From Bacteriovoracaceae bacterium (GTDB lineage Bacteria > Bdellovibrionota > Bacteriovoracia > Bacteriovoracales > Bacteriovoracaceae): a DNA stretch of 64,000 nt. The stretch lies in contig OZ244226.1 of the NCBI GenBank assembly GCA_965217035.1, forward strand, positions 1-64,000. The letters are read 5' to 3'. The notes beneath the pieces were generated by a model, which was given only the letters and a program-made list of their open reading frames with translations, was not told where the DNA came from and searched no databases. This document shows, piece by piece, positions 61,231-64,000 of this stretch (position 1 is the stretch's first letter; each line of letters begins with the position of its first letter). The position numbers and the translations under genes were made by a program.

Positions 61231-61713
61231 GTGAAAAAATTAAGTAAAAGATTAAAGGCCATTAGAGACATGATCCCATCTAGAACGAATATTCTTTGGG
61301 ATACGTGTTGTGATCATGGTCAGTTAGGAAAGTCCTTCCTCGAAACTAACACTCAGATTAACTTTGTTGATTGTGTTCCTCATATTATTCAAACCATTGA
61401 AAATGAACTCAAAGATTCGAATTACAAAAACTATTCTTGCTTCGCTCAAGACTTAAAGGATATAAAATTAAGAAATGATTTAGACGAAACGGTTGTCATT
61501 GCTGGAGTAGGTGGATGGACAGCGATTGAAGGAATTAAATCGATATTATCGAGGTATAATCCTTTAAAACCCGTTTTTATAGTTTCTGTTCAAAAAAATA
61601 TGGATCACTTTACTCAGTTTATGGATGAGCAAAATTTCACCAAACTTGTTACCAGGCTAGTAGAAGATCGGGGAAAGGAGTACACTATATTTAAGTATCA
61701 GCAGGATATTTGA
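61231..61713 (+). CDS. trmK: tRNA (adenine22-N1)-methyltransferase-like
   Basis: LSKRL.AI, WDTCCDHGQLG, VIAGVGG. Confidence 0.8.
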   Translation: MKKLSKRLKAIRDMIPSRTNILWDTCCDHGQLGKSFLETNTQINFVDCVPHIIQTIENELKDSNYKNYSCFAQDLKDIKLRNDLDETVVIAGVGGWTAIEGIKSILSRYNPLKPVFIVSVQKNMDHFTQFMDEQNFTKLVTRLVEDRGKEYTIFKYQQDI

Positions 61714-61817
61714 TGGGGACTTAGTTTTGCTTGTCGGTTTTTAATCGGACTTGATTCAAAGAAGCCTGTTAAAAATGACATCATTGAAACAAATAATTAT
61801 TTAATAAAGGAGTTACA

Positions 61818-62000
61818 ATGAAAGGATTATTACTGTCAATTGGACTTGTTTTCTTTTTAGGAAGTTGTTCTTCTTATGGAACAAAAAAAGCTTGCTGTAA
61901 GGCAAAGAAAACTGAGGAGAAAAAATGTTCAGAGAAGAAAGCTTGTGATGCTAAGAAGACTTGCAAAGATGATGGTAAGTGCGAAGCTAAAAAATCTTAA
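61818..62000 (+). CDS. Small Cys/Lys-rich lipoprotein
   Basis: SD AGGAG, lipobox LGSC, 6 further Cys. Confidence 0.7.
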   Translation: MKGLLLSIGLVFFLGSCSSYGTKKACCKAKKTEEKKCSEKKACDAKKTCKDDGKCEAKKS

Positions 62001-62019
62001 AACTTGGATTTTATAAATT

Positions 62020-62727
62020 ATGCCAGGGACTCTTTATCTTATTCCAACACCTTTAGATGATGAGTCCTCACTTCATCCTTCTGCTTTTGAACTTCTTAAA
62101 CATGCTTCTGAAAATCTTTCAAATAACCTTATTCTTGTAGAAGAGCCCAAGGCTTCCAGACGGCGTTGGATCAACTGGGGTTTCAACAGAGAAGTTATCA
62201 ATCACTTTTTGTATTTTAATGAACATAAGCAAGAGGCTGAGCAGATGAATATTATTCGTGAGCTTAAGTCTGGAAAAAATGTTTCCCTTCTGAGTGATGG
62301 CGGACTTCCTGCTTTCTGCGATCCAGGAAGAGAATTGATCGACCTTTGTCATCAACACAAGATTAAAGTTACAAGCACTGTTTTTTGTAACTCACTTGCT
62401 TTAGCCTTTGCTCTCAGCGGCTTTGATCACCAAGCCTTTCGATTTAGTGCTTTTCCACCAAGGAAAGATGATGAACGAAAGAAGTGGTGGAAGAGTTTTC
62501 TTGCTGAAAAAGAATGCAATGCATTAATGGACACGGCCTATCGCTTAAAGAAAGTTCTCGAAGAGGTGAAGGAGTCTGGTGCTGATCAGAGCTTTTTTCT
62601 CGCTATGGACCTTAATAGGTCCTCTGAATGGCTTTTGAAGGGCTCTATCAATGAAATTCTTAAGCTTTACGATGGTAGTAAAAGGGACTTTATTTTGATA
62701 AAAGGTCCCAACAATGCCAGAAATTAA
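62020..62727 (+). CDS. rsmI: RsmI-like tetrapyrrole-methylase family SAM methyltransferase
   Basis: GTLYLIPTP, NEH, LLSDGGLPAFCDPG, ALSGF. Confidence 0.75.
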   Translation: MPGTLYLIPTPLDDESSLHPSAFELLKHASENLSNNLILVEEPKASRRRWINWGFNREVINHFLYFNEHKQEAEQMNIIRELKSGKNVSLLSDGGLPAFCDPGRELIDLCHQHKIKVTSTVFCNSLALAFALSGFDHQAFRFSAFPPRKDDERKKWWKSFLAEKECNALMDTAYRLKKVLEEVKESGADQSFFLAMDLNRSSEWLLKGSINEILKLYDGSKRDFILIKGPNNARN

Positions 62728-63688
62728 TAAACGCAAAGATTCACATATTAACCTTGCTCTTGAGTCTCAAGTCATCGCTAGAGATGAACGCTTTCAATAT
62801 GAACCTCTTTTGGGTTCAACCCCAACAGATTGGAGAGACCCTTTAGTCTTTTTAGGCAAAAAAATCGAGGCCCCTCTTTGGATTTCAAGTATGACTGGAG
62901 GTTCTACTAAAGGCTCTAATTTGAATAAACTCTTTGCTTCAGCAGCTGCGAAATTTGGTCTTGGAATGGGACTCGGTTCATGCCGTGTTCTGCTAGAAGA
63001 TTCTAAGTTTTTTGATGATTTTAATCTCCGTCCGATTATTGGAGAGAAACTTCCTTTTTATGCCAATCTCGGCATTGCACAAGTTGAAGAGCTCATTCAT
63101 TATAAAAAATTAGAAACTCTCAACGAACTGATAGAGAAACTTAACGCCGATGGACTCATTATTCATGTAAATCCTCTTCAGGAGTATTTTCAACCGAAAG
63201 GAGATAAAGTTCTTCGTCCTGCGATTGAAACAATCCAGGAGCTCAAAGAGAATTTTTCTTATAAGTTGATTATCAAAGAGGTTGGTCAGGGAATGGGGGC
63301 AGAATCTTTGAGAAAACTTGTTGAGCTTGGAATCGATGGCGTTGAACTTGCCGCTCATGGCGGAACAAATTTTACAAAACTTGAAGGATTAAGATCTGAA
63401 AACTTTTCTTCAGAAACGTTCAGTTTAGTTGGTCATACAGCTAAAGAGATGGTTCAAGCTCTTAATCAACTATCAGCAAATAATATTGAAATTATTATTT
63501 CTGGAGGAATCAATACTGTTTTAGATGCTCATTATTTGAAATCTATTTGTGATTATAATTCAGTTATAGGAAAAGCTGGAAGTCTTTTGAGATATGCTCA
63601 AGAAGGCGAATCTCAACTTTTTAACTATATTGAAAAATGGTTATACGACTTTCAATTGGCCATACAATTCTTAAAGGTGAAACAATAG
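62714..63688 (+). CDS. fni: Type 2 isopentenyl-diphosphate delta-isomerase
   Basis: RKDSHI, ISSMTGG, GLGSCR, ANLG, HVNPLQE, IKEVGQG, GGTNF. Confidence 0.93.
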   Translation: MPEINKRKDSHINLALESQVIARDERFQYEPLLGSTPTDWRDPLVFLGKKIEAPLWISSMTGGSTKGSNLNKLFASAAAKFGLGMGLGSCRVLLEDSKFFDDFNLRPIIGEKLPFYANLGIAQVEELIHYKKLETLNELIEKLNADGLIIHVNPLQEYFQPKGDKVLRPAIETIQELKENFSYKLIIKEVGQGMGAESLRKLVELGIDGVELAAHGGTNFTKLEGLRSENFSSETFSLVGHTAKEMVQALNQLSANNIEIIISGGINTVLDAHYLKSICDYNSVIGKAGSLLRYAQEGESQLFNYIEKWLYDFQLAIQFLKVKQ

Positions 63689-64000
63689 TGGAGTTGGTTA
63701 CAGGGTATTCTAAACTTTCAAAATCAGAAAAAATTCAATGGCTCGTTAAGCAATGTGGTCAATTAGATAATAATTTTCATAAGGATCTATTGGGAACTGA
63801 GTTTTCTTCTAGAACTGATCAAGAGAAATTTGATCAATTTTCTGAAAATACAATTGGTAATTTTCATATTCCTTTCGGTATCGCTCCTAACTTTTTAATC
63901 GACGGGAGGAGCTATGCTGTACCGATGGTTATAGAAGAAAGTTCAGTTGTTGCTGCTGCTTCAAAAGCTGCTAAGTTTTGGTCAAGTCGAGGTGGTTTTA
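63688..64000 (+). CDS. mvaA: Hydroxymethylglutaryl-CoA reductase (class II), 5' part
   Basis: GTG at 63688 overlaps the fni stop; GYSKLSK, FSENTIG, PFGIAPNF, VPMVIEESSVVAAASKAAK. Not in the ORF track because it runs off the window. Confidence 0.9.
   Translation, partial: MELVTGYSKLSKSEKIQWLVKQCGQLDNNFHKDLLGTEFSSRTDQEKFDQFSENTIGNFHIPFGIAPNFLIDGRSYAVPMVIEESSVVAAASKAAKFWSSRGGF

Noticed and set aside
118..63358. Short ORFs antisense or off-frame inside larger genes (e.g. 118-300, 4138-4536, 36047-36421, 38674-39003, 48951-49229)
   Set aside because: Shadow ORFs fully overlapping well-supported genes, with no motifs or RBS.
1..64000. CRISPR array, rRNA, integrase or prophage genes
   Set aside because: No regularly spaced repeat-spacer series, rRNA-like sequence or recognisable integrase/phage protein was seen by eye.

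Overview
AT-rich, densely coded bacterial chromosome segment. It most likely comes from a predatory Bdellovibrionota (Bacteriovoracaceae/Halobacteriovorax-like). This is inferred from TIGR02147-type HTH proteins, Flp pilin, many secreted hypotheticals, FliA-like promoters and mevalonate-pathway genes. Positions 1-39.2 kb and 51.3-64 kb are mostly core genes: a purF-purC fusion absent from the ORF track, purK, purE, argS, transaldolase, ccsBA, sdhCAB, class II aldolase, mnmA, trmK, fni and HMG-CoA reductase. Positions 39.2-51.2 kb form an accessory region ending at the 3' end of tRNA-Leu(GAG). It holds a sigma54-driven redoxin plus 43-aa-repeat solenoid operon, TIGR02147 regulators facing small secreted genes, and two nested ISL3 elements, one inserted in the right inverted repeat of the other with an 8-bp duplication. 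The best candidates for undescribed biology are: an orphan ExbB/ExbD-type motor whose periplasmic domain looks like a circularly permuted beta-barrel; the PurF-PurC fusion; the TIGR02147/secreted-protein cassettes with a palindromic operator; the sigma54 solenoid operon; a porin/flavinylated protein/cytochrome b module; and a probable ATT-initiated wHTH gene with a hairpin-sequestered RBS. No CRISPR array, rRNA or integrase was seen. All family assignments are from motif recognition, with no database searches.
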